NCBI GenBank assembly: GCA_020722575.1
Contig: DYKN01000004.1
Coordinates: forward strand, 37,364 to 101,363
DNA from: Rikenella microfusus
GTDB taxonomy: Bacteria; Bacteroidota; Bacteroidia; Bacteroidales; VadinHA17
Direction: 5' to 3'
Length of the DNA stretch: 64,000 bases
Positions 9,250 to 19,157 of the stretch are shown here, one piece after another; positions within the stretch are counted from its first letter, which is position 1; every line of letters starts with the position of its first letter. The position numbers and the translations under genes were made by a program. Under the pieces are notes generated by a model that searched no databases, had not been told where the DNA came from, and worked only from the letters and a program-made list of their open reading frames with translations.

Positions 9250-9696
9250 TTAATAATTACTGAGAGGAATTTTTTTTATTCTTCTTTCATGCCTTCCTCC
9301 TTCAAACTCTGTTGAAAGAAAAGTTTTTATTATTGTAATTGCCTCAGCTACAGAAATAAAACGCCCAGGTAAAGCACAAATATTTGCATCATTATGAGCC
9401 CTTGCAAGCCTGCCTATCTCTTCATTCCAGCAAAGAGCTCCTCTTATATGCTGATGTTTATTTACAGTCATATTAATACCATTCCCTGTTGCACAAATAG
9501 TTATACCCAGATCCACTTCCTTTTTAAAAATGGCATTGGCAATTGCATGAGCAAAATCAGGATAATCAGTACTTTCATCAGTGTATGTACCAAAATCAGT
9601 TACGTTATATCCTGCTTTCTTAAGATAATCCTTAATATTCTCTTTCATAAAAAAGCCAGCATGATCTGCTGCAATCCCTATTTTCGTTTTTTCCAT
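9250..9696 (-). CDS. rpiB: Ribose 5-phosphate isomerase B
   Basis: 148 aa with GIAADHAG, CATGNGINMTVNK, HNDANICALPGR and GGRHERRI, typical of RpiB/LacAB. Confidence 0.9.
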   Translation of the reverse strand: MEKTKIGIAADHAGFFMKENIKDYLKKAGYNVTDFGTYTDESTDYPDFAHAIANAIFKKEVDLGITICATGNGINMTVNKHQHIRGALCWNEEIGRLARAHNDANICALPGRFISVAEAITIIKTFLSTEFEGGRHERRIKKIPLSNY

Positions 9697-9733
9697 TCTA
9701 AAAATAACTTTTATAATTCTGTAAATGCCAGCG

Positions 9734-9741
9734 CAAAAATA
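9734..9741 (-). promoter_or_regulatory. Candidate -7 box (TATTTTTG on the minus strand) for rpiB and the Rrf2 gene
   Basis: The plus strand reads CAAAAATA. It lies 38 nt upstream of the rpiB start at 9696. Confidence 0.35.
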
Positions 9742-10244
9742 ATTATTGAATATTAATTTTTATTATATGATTTAATAACTAAAACAATAAGCTCCGATTT
9801 TTGTTCCATGTGACTTAAATAAAACCAAATAATTGTTTCTTTTCTTGTAAAAAGTCTATTAATTATTTGTTGATAACTTTAAAAATATTCTTCCTGTATT
9901 CTTAAAATTAATTTTTACCTGAAGTTTTAATACTTTATTGACATTAATTAACATAATATTGAACAAATGGAATCTTAATATTGTTAAAAAGAAAATGTTG
10001 AAGGATTATTATTAACATCTGTTGTTATTTTTTCAAAATACTGATTATCAAAAATTGTATATTTTTTGATGTGTTTAAAATTTGTTTATAAAATATGAAA
10101 ATTTATATAATAAATATATATGGCAAAATTTAAACAATATCAACAGCATATTATTAAATTTATAAAAGAAAGAATTAATTTTAAAATTAAATATTTAATA
10201 TATATAATAACTGTTTATAACCTTTATAATTTTTTACATAACAG

Positions 10245-11204
10245 ATGGATAAAGATTTTTACATTTCACAAATTAATAAATTAAGGAAATCAAAGAATGC
10301 TATTATTTTGGCACATTTCTATCAGACAGGTGATATTCAGGATATAGCCGATTTCGTTGGAGATAGTCTTGCCCTGGCACAGGAAGCATTGAAGAGTAGT
10401 GCTTCAATAATAATTCTCGCCGGTGTAAAATTTATGGCTGAAACAGCAAAGATTCTTAATACTGATAAAAAGGTTCTAATACCTGATATTGAAGCAGGCT
10501 GTTCACTCGCCGATTCGTGTAAACCTGAAGATTTTAAAAAATTTATTGATGAAAATCCTGGACGAAAAGTGGTAACTTATATTAATACTACAGCTGAAAT
10601 AAAAGCTATGTCCGATATTATATGTACTTCTTCAAATGCTCTTGAAATTATAAATTCTTTTCCCGATGACGAAAAATTAATCTTTGCTCCCGACCGTAAC
10701 CTCGGAAATCATATTAAAAGTCAGACTAATCGCGATATTATCATATGGGATGGTACATGTCATGTGCATGAAGCTTTTTCCATAGAAGCAATAATCAAGT
10801 TAAAAGAACAATACCCTGATGCAAAGATAATAGTCCATCCTGAATGCGAATTACCGGTAAGAATGATTGCAGATTTCATTGGTTCAACTAGTGCCTTACT
10901 TAAATTTACAAAAGAAAACAAGGCAAAAACGTTCATTGTTGCTACAGAACCTGGAATATTTCACAAAATGAAACAAGAAAGCCCGGATAAGATATTTATT
11001 GCCGCACCTCCAAAAGATTCAACCTGTGGTTGTAGTGAATGTAATTATATGAAACTTAATACATTAGAAAAAATTTATTTTGCATTATTGAATGAGGAAC
11101 CAGAGGTGGTATTGAGTAATGAGATGATAACAAAGGCAGCAACGCCGGTTTTAAAGATGTTAGAGGTTTCGAGGGCTTTGAATATAATGAAGAAGAAAAA
11201 ATGA
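10245..11204 (+). CDS. nadA: Quinolinate synthase
   Basis: 319 aa. NadA layout with conserved Cys-containing segments EAGCSLADSC, WDGTCHVHE and STCGCSECNYMK. Confidence 0.9.
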   Translation: MDKDFYISQINKLRKSKNAIILAHFYQTGDIQDIADFVGDSLALAQEALKSSASIIILAGVKFMAETAKILNTDKKVLIPDIEAGCSLADSCKPEDFKKFIDENPGRKVVTYINTTAEIKAMSDIICTSSNALEIINSFPDDEKLIFAPDRNLGNHIKSQTNRDIIIWDGTCHVHEAFSIEAIIKLKEQYPDAKIIVHPECELPVRMIADFIGSTSALLKFTKENKAKTFIVATEPGIFHKMKQESPDKIFIAAPPKDSTCGCSECNYMKLNTLEKIYFALLNEEPEVVLSNEMITKAATPVLKMLEVSRALNIMKKKK

Positions 11205-12751
11205 GGAAAATTTTTATTGCAGTAATTTTGTTAACAAATTTTTTGCATGTTTTTTCGCAAACTCAGGAAAATTTGACAGATGGTTATCGTATTTTCAGAT
11301 ATCCTAACGGTGCCATATCAAGTGAGGGTTTTATAAGAAATGGAAAACCTGACGGATATTGGAAAAGTTATTATGTAACAGGGATAAAAAAATCAGAGGG
11401 AAAACGTACAAATTTTTTACTTGATAGTATCTGGGTTTTTTATGATCAGGTTGGTGATACCCTTGAAAAAATTAATTATGTACTTGGAAAAAAGAATGGA
11501 TATTACTATAAATATTCAAAAGACCCTTCTTATGGGGTATATGTATATTCAAAAGAACTTTATGCCGGTGACAAACGTGAAGGTACAGCATATATCTTTT
11601 ACCCAAATGGTAAAATTAAGCAAACAATACCTTACCGTAATGGAATGAAAGAAGGACTATCAAGAGAATATAACTTGAATGGCGAAATTGCTGTACTTTA
11701 TGAGTATAGAAATGATATAATGATTAGCAGGGAAAGAATTAACAGTCGGGATAATGAAGGAAGAAAACAGGGTACATGGAAAGAATTTTATCAGTCGGGA
11801 AATATTAAATCTGAATATAATTACAAAGATGATCTTCTTCATGGTTATTACAAAGAATATGATGAAAAAGGTAATCTTATTGTTACAATGCTTTACGAAA
11901 ATGGTGTTTTAATTAATCCACGTATAGAAGATGATTCAGGGATTGAGGTGGTTAATAAATATGATCAGAACGGTGGAATTATATACAGTGGAACTTATAA
12001 AAATGGAATACCTGTTGGTATTCATAGAGAGTACCAGAATGGAAAAATTATCAATGCAAAAATTTATGGAGAAAATGGTATACTTATATCGGAAGGAATT
12101 GTAGATGAAGAAGGAAACAGAAATGGATTATGGAAAGAGTTTTATGCTGATGGTACTTTAAAAGCAGAAGGGCAATATAACGATAATAAAAGAACAGGTT
12201 CCTGGAAGTTTTATAACAGAGAAGGAAAACTTGAACAAACAGGAAATTTTGTTAATGATAGGCCAGAGGGTTTATGGAAATGGTACTACGAAAATGGTTC
12301 TCTCCTGCGAGAAGAAGAATATTTTCAGGGACAACGAGATGGAAGTTTTATTGAATATTCAAAATCCGGAGAAGTTATAGCTCAAGGATTTTTTTCCGAT
12401 GGTGAAAGAAATGGTGAATGGGTTATAAGCTGGAACGGATACAAAGAAGAGGGTAAATATATTATGGGATTGAGGGATGGATTATGGAAATCATATTATG
12501 AAGAAGGAAAATTAAGATATAAGGGAAATTACGTGCAGGGAAATGCCGACGGTCTACACGTGTATTATTTTGAAAATGGCAAGATAAAAGAAGAACAATA
12601 CTATAAAAATGGTATCAGGGAAAAAACATGGAAAAAATACAATGAAGACGGTTCTCTTTTTTTGACTGTAACTTACAAAAATGATGTGGAAACCAGCATT
12701 AACGGTGTAAAAATAAAACTTCCAGAGAGTGATGTTAAGCTTATCCGGTAA
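11201..12751 (+). CDS. Exported MORN-variant (YwqK-like) repeat protein
   Basis: Signal-like [20 protein letters not shown] followed by about 20 copies of a GxW(K/R)x(F/Y)Yx(N/S/D)Gx(L/I)K repeat, for example [32 protein letters not shown] and [16 protein letters not shown]. The ATGA start overlaps the nadA stop. Confidence 0.75.
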   Translation: MRKIFIAVILLTNFLHVFSQTQENLTDGYRIFRYPNGAISSEGFIRNGKPDGYWKSYYVTGIKKSEGKRTNFLLDSIWVFYDQVGDTLEKINYVLGKKNGYYYKYSKDPSYGVYVYSKELYAGDKREGTAYIFYPNGKIKQTIPYRNGMKEGLSREYNLNGEIAVLYEYRNDIMISRERINSRDNEGRKQGTWKEFYQSGNIKSEYNYKDDLLHGYYKEYDEKGNLIVTMLYENGVLINPRIEDDSGIEVVNKYDQNGGIIYSGTYKNGIPVGIHREYQNGKIINAKIYGENGILISEGIVDEEGNRNGLWKEFYADGTLKAEGQYNDNKRTGSWKFYNREGKLEQTGNFVNDRPEGLWKWYYENGSLLREEEYFQGQRDGSFIEYSKSGEVIAQGFFSDGERNGEWVISWNGYKEEGKYIMGLRDGLWKSYYEEGKLRYKGNYVQGNADGLHVYYFENGKIKEEQYYKNGIREKTWKKYNEDGSLFLTVTYKNDVETSINGVKIKLPESDVKLIR

Positions 12752-12762
12752 CAGAAATTGAT

Positions 12763-13791
12763 ATGGAAGGATTTAGTGTAAGAAAAGAAACATTATCGGT
12801 TACTGACCGGGAGTTTGAAAAACAACTTCGGCCAATAACTTTTACAGATTTTAGAGGTCAGAAACAGATAGTTGATAACTTGGAAATATTTGTTACCGCT
12901 GCAAAACAAAGAGGTGAAGCACTGGATCATGTTTTATTACATGGACCACCGGGTCTGGGTAAAACTACACTTGCAGCGATTATTGCTAAGGAAATGGGGG
13001 TTGGAATGAAAAGCACTTCAGGTCCGGTACTGGATAAACCCGGTGATCTGGCAGGTCTGCTTACCAGTTTACAGGAAGGAGATGTCTTATTTATTGATGA
13101 AATACATCGATTAAGTCACATTGTTGAAGAATATCTTTATGCTGCAATGGAAGATTACAGAATAGATATTATGATCGATAAAGGACCAAGTGCACGTTCA
13201 GTTCAAATATCATTGAATAAATTTACTCTAGTTGGCGCAACAACCCGGTCAGGTCTACTTACTAGCCCTTTGAGAGCAAGATTTGGGATAAAATTTCATT
13301 TCGATTATTACAACAAGGAAATCCTTACAGAAATAGTTAAAAGATCTGCAAGCATATTAAATATAAAAATTCATGATAACGCTGCTTTAGAAATAGCTTC
13401 TCGAAGCAGAGGAACACCAAGAATTGCAAATGCTCTTTTAAGGAGAATAAGGGATTTTGCACAAGTTAAAGGAAGTGGTATAATTGATATTGATATAACA
13501 AAAAAAAGTCTGAAGGCCTTAAATATTGATGGACAGGGACTTGACGAAATGGATAACAAAATTCTTTCAGTTATTATAGAGAAATTTAAAGGAGGACCAG
13601 TTGGAATTAACACTATTGCCACAGCTGTTGGGGAAGAAAGCGGTACTATTGAGGAAGTTTATGAACCTTTTCTTATAAAAGAAGGATACATAAAAAGAAC
13701 GCCAAGAGGAAGAGAAGCAACCGAAAGGGCCTACAGTCATCTGGGACTACTAAAAAACAATAAGCAGACAGGGAAATTATTTGAAATTTAA
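12763..13791 (+). CDS. ruvB: Holliday junction branch migration ATPase RuvB
   Basis: Walker [12 protein letters not shown], Walker B/sensor LFIDEIHRL and [13 protein letters not shown]. 342 aa. Confidence 0.95.
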   Translation: MEGFSVRKETLSVTDREFEKQLRPITFTDFRGQKQIVDNLEIFVTAAKQRGEALDHVLLHGPPGLGKTTLAAIIAKEMGVGMKSTSGPVLDKPGDLAGLLTSLQEGDVLFIDEIHRLSHIVEEYLYAAMEDYRIDIMIDKGPSARSVQISLNKFTLVGATTRSGLLTSPLRARFGIKFHFDYYNKEILTEIVKRSASILNIKIHDNAALEIASRSRGTPRIANALLRRIRDFAQVKGSGIIDIDITKKSLKALNIDGQGLDEMDNKILSVIIEKFKGGPVGINTIATAVGEESGTIEEVYEPFLIKEGYIKRTPRGREATERAYSHLGLLKNNKQTGKLFEI

Positions 13792-13829
13792 GAGAAATAG
13801 AATTTAAAAAATGTTAATATAATAAAAAA

Positions 13830-14561
13830 TTAATGTGAAAAATTACTGATCTTTTCAAGACCTTTAATATCAAGTATAATAATTTTCCTGCCAGAAAGTT
13901 CAATTAGACCATCTGATTTGAATTCGGATAGCAACCGAATAACTGATTCTGTAGCGGTACCAACAATATTTGCAAGCTCTTCTCTGGTTAAAGAAATTCT
14001 GAGCGTTTTATTTTCAGTAAGGCCGAAATCATTAACAAGTTTCAAAAGAACTTCAGCAAGTCTTTCTCGAACAGTCTTTTGAGCAATATCTGTAATGTAT
14101 GAATTTGCCTCACCAAGTTCCTGACAAATAAGTTTTACAAGTTCAAGTGCAAACACAGAATTACTACTAATCAGTTGAGGTAATATATCAGAAGGAAGAA
14201 AGCAAACCCTGCAATCTTCAAGAACTTTTGCAGTTGTACAAGCAGGTTCATTACTTAAAACGCTTCTGTATGCAATTATATCTCCTGGTTTTGCAAACCT
14301 TATAATTTGTTCTTTTCCGTCAGGTCCAGTCTTGTAAACCTTTATTAAGCCCTTATTAATACAATAAAAACCACTAATTCTGCTGCCTTCTTTATATAAT
14401 ATTGTACCTTTTTTAAATGTTCTAAAAGCCTTAATAAAATTTAATCTATCCGACTCATCTTTTGAGAGATGCCTGAAAATTGCATTAATCTGAAAAGCAC
14501 AATTTTCACAAAATGGAAACGATTCTTGATTTTGTACCATATTGGAAAATTTATTATACAA
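13830..14561 (-). CDS. Crp/Fnr-family transcriptional regulator with N-terminal Cys pair
   Basis: cNMP-binding-like beta-roll (GFYCINKGLIKVYK, GKEQIIRF) and a C-terminal HTH (REELANIVGTATESVIRLLSEF). The N-terminus carries FCENCAF. Confidence 0.8.
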   Translation of the reverse strand: MYNKFSNMVQNQESFPFCENCAFQINAIFRHLSKDESDRLNFIKAFRTFKKGTILYKEGSRISGFYCINKGLIKVYKTGPDGKEQIIRFAKPGDIIAYRSVLSNEPACTTAKVLEDCRVCFLPSDILPQLISSNSVFALELVKLICQELGEANSYITDIAQKTVRERLAEVLLKLVNDFGLTENKTLRISLTREELANIVGTATESVIRLLSEFKSDGLIELSGRKIIILDIKGLEKISNFSH

Positions 14562-15139
14562 AGATTAAAAATAGATTGTAAATAATGCGTTGTGCTGTTA
14601 AAAAATGATAAAAAAGTTAATATATTTTACATGAAAAAATTATATATAATACAGATAAACAGCACATTAGAAGTCAAATTTATTATAAATTTACTTCCTG
14701 TTTACATAGCTTAAAAACAAATTTTTGCAAGATCTTTAATATAAAAAAATAGGTTTTTAATGATCGTTTAAAAGATTCTGCTAATTTTTTTTTTAAATAA
14801 TAAAAAGCAAAATCTGTTAAACTAAGAGTTAATTATTATGCCAGACACCGGTGAATCAATAGAGATTGATAGTGAAAAATACTTTTGTGGAAATTATTTC
14901 GAAGATAATTAATGTAACTCTTTAAATAAAAATTAATTCAAAGAAAAATAAGACATTAAATCATTTAAAATAATCGTAGAATTCTTAACCGCATAAAATG
15001 TTTGTAAATAAAAATATTAAAAGTTAATTATTTAGATTAAAAAAGATTTGTTGAAAATGAAAAAATTAATAGTTGTAATTAAAATATCAAAATAGGCATA
15101 TATTAGATATTTAAATCTGTATAAATATATTCTTGTTAA

Positions 15140-16180
15140 TTAGAATACTTTACTGAATTGTTCGAGAAAACGACGATCGTTTTCAAAAAATAGGCGGAGG
15201 TCATTAATTTGAAATTTTAACATTGCAAGTCTTTCAATTCCCATTCCAAAAGCAAAGCCGGAGTAAATTTTGGGGTCGATTCCACAGGCTACCAAAACAT
15301 TGGGATGAACCATTCCGCAGCCCAGTATTTCAAGCCAACCCGTATATTTGCATACATTACAACCACTACCTCCGCAAATTTTGCAGCTTACGTCCATTTC
15401 ACCTGAAGGTTCTGTAAATGGGAAATATGAAGGTCTTAATCTTATCTTTGTTTCAGGGCCAAACATTTCAACTGCAAAGAATAATAATGTTTGTTTAAGG
15501 TCAGCAAAAGATACGTTTTTGTCAATGTAAAGGCCTTCTACTTGATGAAAAATACAATGTGCTCGTGCAGAAATTGCTTCATTTCTGAAAACACGGCCAG
15601 GGGAAATTGTTCTTATCGGAGGTTTTGTGCTTTGCATAACTCTGACCTGAACAGATGATGTATGTGTGCGAAGAAGGATATCATCTGGATCAGATTGATC
15701 ATCATAAATTCTTAAAATGTAAAATGTATCCTGCATATCTCTGGCAGGATGCTCGGGCGCAAAATTAAGTCTGGAAAAAACATGGTCATCATCTTCAATC
15801 TCTGGACCTTCTGTAATAGTAAAGCCTATTCGTTTAAAAATATCGATTATTTCATTGCGAATAATAGAAATTGGATGACGGGAACCGGAAAAAATCGGAA
15901 AGGCAGACTTAGTTAAATCAGATTCAGAGATTTTTTCTTCTGAAGATATTTCAAAGCTCTTTAGCTCATTAAATTTTTCTATAACTTCTTTTTTTAACTC
16001 GTTAAGCAATTTTCCAACAATTTTTTTCTGAGAAGAATCAATATTTCTGAATTCTTCAAAGAGAGATGATATTATACCTTTTCTTGAAAGATATTTGATT
16101 CTGAAGGCTTCAGGGTCTATATCACGACCGGGAAAAGTTTTCCTGATCTCTTCTCTTAAAGAATTAATTTTATCTATCAT
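15140..16180 (-). CDS. pheS: Phenylalanine-tRNA ligase alpha subunit
   Basis: Class II motifs EHPARDMQDTFY, VFRNEAISARAHCIFHQVEG and GFAFGMGIERLAML. Confidence 0.95.
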   Translation of the reverse strand: MIDKINSLREEIRKTFPGRDIDPEAFRIKYLSRKGIISSLFEEFRNIDSSQKKIVGKLLNELKKEVIEKFNELKSFEISSEEKISESDLTKSAFPIFSGSRHPISIIRNEIIDIFKRIGFTITEGPEIEDDDHVFSRLNFAPEHPARDMQDTFYILRIYDDQSDPDDILLRTHTSSVQVRVMQSTKPPIRTISPGRVFRNEAISARAHCIFHQVEGLYIDKNVSFADLKQTLLFFAVEMFGPETKIRLRPSYFPFTEPSGEMDVSCKICGGSGCNVCKYTGWLEILGCGMVHPNVLVACGIDPKIYSGFAFGMGIERLAMLKFQINDLRLFFENDRRFLEQFSKVF

Positions 16181-16191
16181 TTAATCAAATA

Positions 16192-17040
16192 TTATTTACT
16201 AAGAATTTTTGTGTCGATTATTCTAATATCGGATAAAGGTTTGTCCTTGCTATCGGTTTGAACAGAAGCTATTCGGTCAACAACATCAAGGCCTTCAATT
16301 ACTTCACCAAAAACTGTATAAGTCTGGTCAAGCCTGGGAACGCCACCAATTGTTTTGTAAACATTACGTTGGTAATCGGGTATTGTGTAGGGATTCCTCG
16401 ATGATAATATTTCATAAATGCAAAGTGAAACTTTCTCCTGAATTTCTGCATCATTTAAATTAAGATTATATATTCGGTTGCTGTCGGAAAAATGACGGAA
16501 GAGGTTTAAAAACAAAAGCTGGGCAAGATTCGTATTTATAAGATTTTCAGCTTCTTTAAGTTGGTATTCTGTAAGGATTGTGCCTTGAACAATATAAAAT
16601 TGAGTTCCTGAAGAACGCATTTCTGGATTAGTTTGATTCCCTATCCTTGCAGCTGCTACAGCTCCTTTTTTATGAAAAAGGCCGGATACAATTTCTGGCG
16701 GAATAGTATAATCAAAAAGTGTATCAGGAATATTTAAATTTTTATCAGTACGAGTTGAAAGATCCCCTGTTTGAATCATAAAATTATTAATTACTCTATG
16801 AAACAAAACTCCATTAAAATGACCCTCTCTAATATGAAACAAAAAATTATCACGATGAAGTGGCGTTGAATCACTGAGTCTTATCTTAATGTCCCCTGCT
16901 GTTGTAGAAAGTAAAACAATATTCGATTTAAAGGAAGTTCTGGATGAATTGCAAGAAACTATAATGGAAGATATAATCAGAAAAAAAGATACTCTCAATA
17001 ACATAATTTTCAATAAAATAGTTTTAAAAGTTAATAACAT
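16192..17040 (-). CDS. Cyclophilin-type peptidyl-prolyl isomerase, lipoprotein-like signal
   Basis: FHRVINNFMIQTGD, GAVAAAR and GTQFYIV. Hydrophobic N-terminus ending in IIVSC. About 70 aa are inserted relative to minimal cyclophilins. Confidence 0.8.
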   Translation of the reverse strand: MLLTFKTILLKIMLLRVSFFLIISSIIVSCNSSRTSFKSNIVLLSTTAGDIKIRLSDSTPLHRDNFLFHIREGHFNGVLFHRVINNFMIQTGDLSTRTDKNLNIPDTLFDYTIPPEIVSGLFHKKGAVAAARIGNQTNPEMRSSGTQFYIVQGTILTEYQLKEAENLINTNLAQLLFLNLFRHFSDSNRIYNLNLNDAEIQEKVSLCIYEILSSRNPYTIPDYQRNVYKTIGGVPRLDQTYTVFGEVIEGLDVVDRIASVQTDSKDKPLSDIRIIDTKILSK

Positions 17041-17056
17041 AGATTTTTCTTGAATG

Positions 17057-17064
17057 CAAAGATA
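17057..17064 (-). promoter_or_regulatory. Candidate -7 box (TATCTTTG on the minus strand) for the PPIase-pheS unit
   Basis: The plus strand reads CAAAGATA. It lies 17 nt upstream of the start at 17040. Confidence 0.3.
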
Positions 17065-17066
17065 TT

Positions 17067-17074
17067 TAACTTTG
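17067..17074 (+). promoter_or_regulatory. Candidate -7 box (TAACTTTG) for the flippase-dut-TPR-DUF4292-M23 gene string
   Basis: Lies 48 nt upstream of the TTG start at 17122, back to back with the minus-strand box 2 nt away. Confidence 0.35.
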
Positions 17075-17121
17075 GACGATGTTGTAAAAATATAGAATGA
17101 TTTTTTAGACTGAAAAATTTA

Positions 17122-18603
17122 TTGATAGTGAGAGAAGTTAAACAACTGGCGGGACAGACTTTAATATATGGCCTTGGTACAATTGTTCCAAGATTCTTAA
17201 ATTATGGGATTTTAACTTTTTTTTATACAAGAATATTTCCAAAGCATGAATATGGAATAATTACCGAATTGTATGCGTGGATGGTCTTATTCCTTATTAT
17301 TCTTACTTATGGAATGGAAACCGGTTTTTTCAGATTTTCGCAGAAAAGAGAAGATTATGAAAAAGTTTATGGTACGGCATTAATTAGTCTTTTTATTACT
17401 TCAACAGCATTTTTTATTCTGTCGAATGTTTTTATTAGACCATTTTCTGCATTGTTAAAATATGAAGATTATCCTGGATACGTAAGGATGTTTTCTGCAA
17501 TTCTTGCTCTTGATGCATTTCTGGCAATACCCTTTGCTAGATTAAGGCGTGAAAATAAGGCATTAGTATTTAGTATTGTTAAAATATTAAATGTTGTTAT
17601 TACCATAATTTTCGTAGTTTTTTTATTGGTTATGGCCCCGATTATATATGAAAGGAGCAATGGAATTATAAAAAAAATCTATAATCCTGAGTATGGAGTT
17701 GGTTATGTCTTTATTGCTAACCTGGCGGGAAGCCTTGCAACACTTTTAATGCTACTGCCTTATATTTTGAGAATTAAAATAAAGTTTGATTTTCAGCTGT
17801 GGAAAAGAATGATAAGCTATTCATACCCATTATTAATAGCAGGATTAAGCGGTTCAATTAATGACGCTATAGATAAGATTTTATTAAGAAGATTAAGTGT
17901 TGAAGGTGATGGTTTATATGTCGTAGGCGAGTATGGGGCAGGATACAAAATTGGAGTTTTGATGGCTCTTTTTATTCAAATGTTCAGATTTGCGGCCGAA
18001 CCATTTTTCTTTGAACGAGCTGATAAAAAAGATGCAAAACAAACTTATGCAAGTGTAATGAAATATTTTATAATTATTATGCTCATTATTTTTCTTGGTT
18101 TAAATCTTTATAAATCTGGAATCCAATACATACTGGGAAAAGATTATAGGAATTCACTTGTAGTTGTTCCCATGATAAGTATGGCATACTTATTATATGG
18201 AATATATATAAATCACAGTATATGGTATAAAATTAATGATCTTACAAAGTTTGGTGTATATATCACTTTCGCAGGAGCTATGGTAACAATTCTGATAAAT
18301 TTTGTTTTCATTCCAATATACGGATATATGGCATCTGCATGGGCTCATGTATTTTCCTATCTTACAATGCTGATTTTATCATTCGTTTTGGCAGAAAAAT
18401 ATTATAAGGTAAATTATGAAATGCACAAGTTAATTCCATATTTTTTTATTGCTATTATAATGGTTTCATTTGGTGAGTTTTATCATTACAAAAATGTTAT
18501 CAGTGAACTCTTGATAAATACCTTAATGATAATGATGTTTATTGCTTTTGCTGAATATAAAGATAAAGCTGTAACTGTTTTATTAAAGAAAGAAAAATAT
18601 TAA
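17122..18603 (+). CDS. MOP/Wzx-type polysaccharide (oligosaccharide) flippase family protein
   Basis: 493 aa with about 12-14 hydrophobic helices and a TTG start. In Bacteroidota this position, before dut, is typically held by the gene annotated as polysaccharide biosynthesis protein. Confidence 0.65.
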   Translation: MIVREVKQLAGQTLIYGLGTIVPRFLNYGILTFFYTRIFPKHEYGIITELYAWMVLFLIILTYGMETGFFRFSQKREDYEKVYGTALISLFITSTAFFILSNVFIRPFSALLKYEDYPGYVRMFSAILALDAFLAIPFARLRRENKALVFSIVKILNVVITIIFVVFLLVMAPIIYERSNGIIKKIYNPEYGVGYVFIANLAGSLATLLMLLPYILRIKIKFDFQLWKRMISYSYPLLIAGLSGSINDAIDKILLRRLSVEGDGLYVVGEYGAGYKIGVLMALFIQMFRFAAEPFFFERADKKDAKQTYASVMKYFIIIMLIIFLGLNLYKSGIQYILGKDYRNSLVVVPMISMAYLLYGIYINHSIWYKINDLTKFGVYITFAGAMVTILINFVFIPIYGYMASAWAHVFSYLTMLILSFVLAEKYYKVNYEMHKLIPYFFIAIIMVSFGEFYHYKNVISELLINTLMIMMFIAFAEYKDKAVTVLLKKEKY

Positions 18604-18706
18604 AAAATTTATATTAATTGGAAATTATATTAAATACTAAGAAACGAAATATTAAATTATATTATATGTGCAATGGTAAGGTTAAAAGTGAAATTTAATT
18701 TAAGTT

Positions 18707-19150
18707 ATGGAAAGTTTTAAGATAAAAATAATTAATAAATCAGGAAACCAATTACCAAAATATTCAACTGAAATGTCTGCAGGGATGGATATAAGAGCCT
18801 ATCTTGATAGAGAAATTAAATTAAAACCGTTGGAAAGGGCTGTTATTCCAACTGGATTATACATAGAATTACCAGAGGGATTCGAGGCACAGGTAAGGCC
18901 CAGAAGCGGATTAGCTGCCGAAAAGGGGATAACAGTATTGAATACACCTGGAACAATTGATTCTGATTATAGAGGTGAAATTAAAGTAATAATTATAAAT
19001 CTTTCAGAAAATGATTTTATAATTAAAAATAGTGATAGAATCGCTCAAATGGTGATTAGCAGATATCAAAAAATTGAATGGGAACTAGTAGATTCGATAA
19101 ATGATACTGATAGAGGAACTGGAGGTTTCGGACATACAGGTAAAGAATGA
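18707..19150 (+). CDS. dut: dUTP diphosphatase
   Basis: All dUTPase motifs are present: [25 protein letters not shown] and [10 protein letters not shown]. Confidence 0.9.
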   Translation: MESFKIKIINKSGNQLPKYSTEMSAGMDIRAYLDREIKLKPLERAVIPTGLYIELPEGFEAQVRPRSGLAAEKGITVLNTPGTIDSDYRGEIKVIIINLSENDFIIKNSDRIAQMVISRYQKIEWELVDSINDTDRGTGGFGHTGKE

Positions 19151-19157
19151 TTAAAGA

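Noticed and set aside
9757-10244. Chromosomal replication origin at the AT-rich divergent junction
   Set aside because: I found no DnaA-box (TTATCCACA / TGTGGATAA) match better than 1-2 mismatches, and those are isolated. No dnaA, dnaN or other origin-linked gene is nearby. Gene orientation switches again several times further along the window, so the divergence is not a strand-bias boundary.
10100-10244. NAD+ (nadA-motif) riboswitch in the nadA leader
   Set aside because: The leader is almost pure A/T with no G/C-containing helices. The known nadA motif is a structured, GC-containing tandem element that I recall as being reported in Acidobacteria. Nothing comparable is visible.
10120-10284. 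54-codon ORF (MAKFKQYQQHIIKFIKERINFKIKYLIYII...) in the spacer, running into nadA
   Set aside because: Its composition is dominated by I/K/N/Y/F, as expected from random translation of AT-rich DNA. It overlaps the nadA start out of frame and has no motif.
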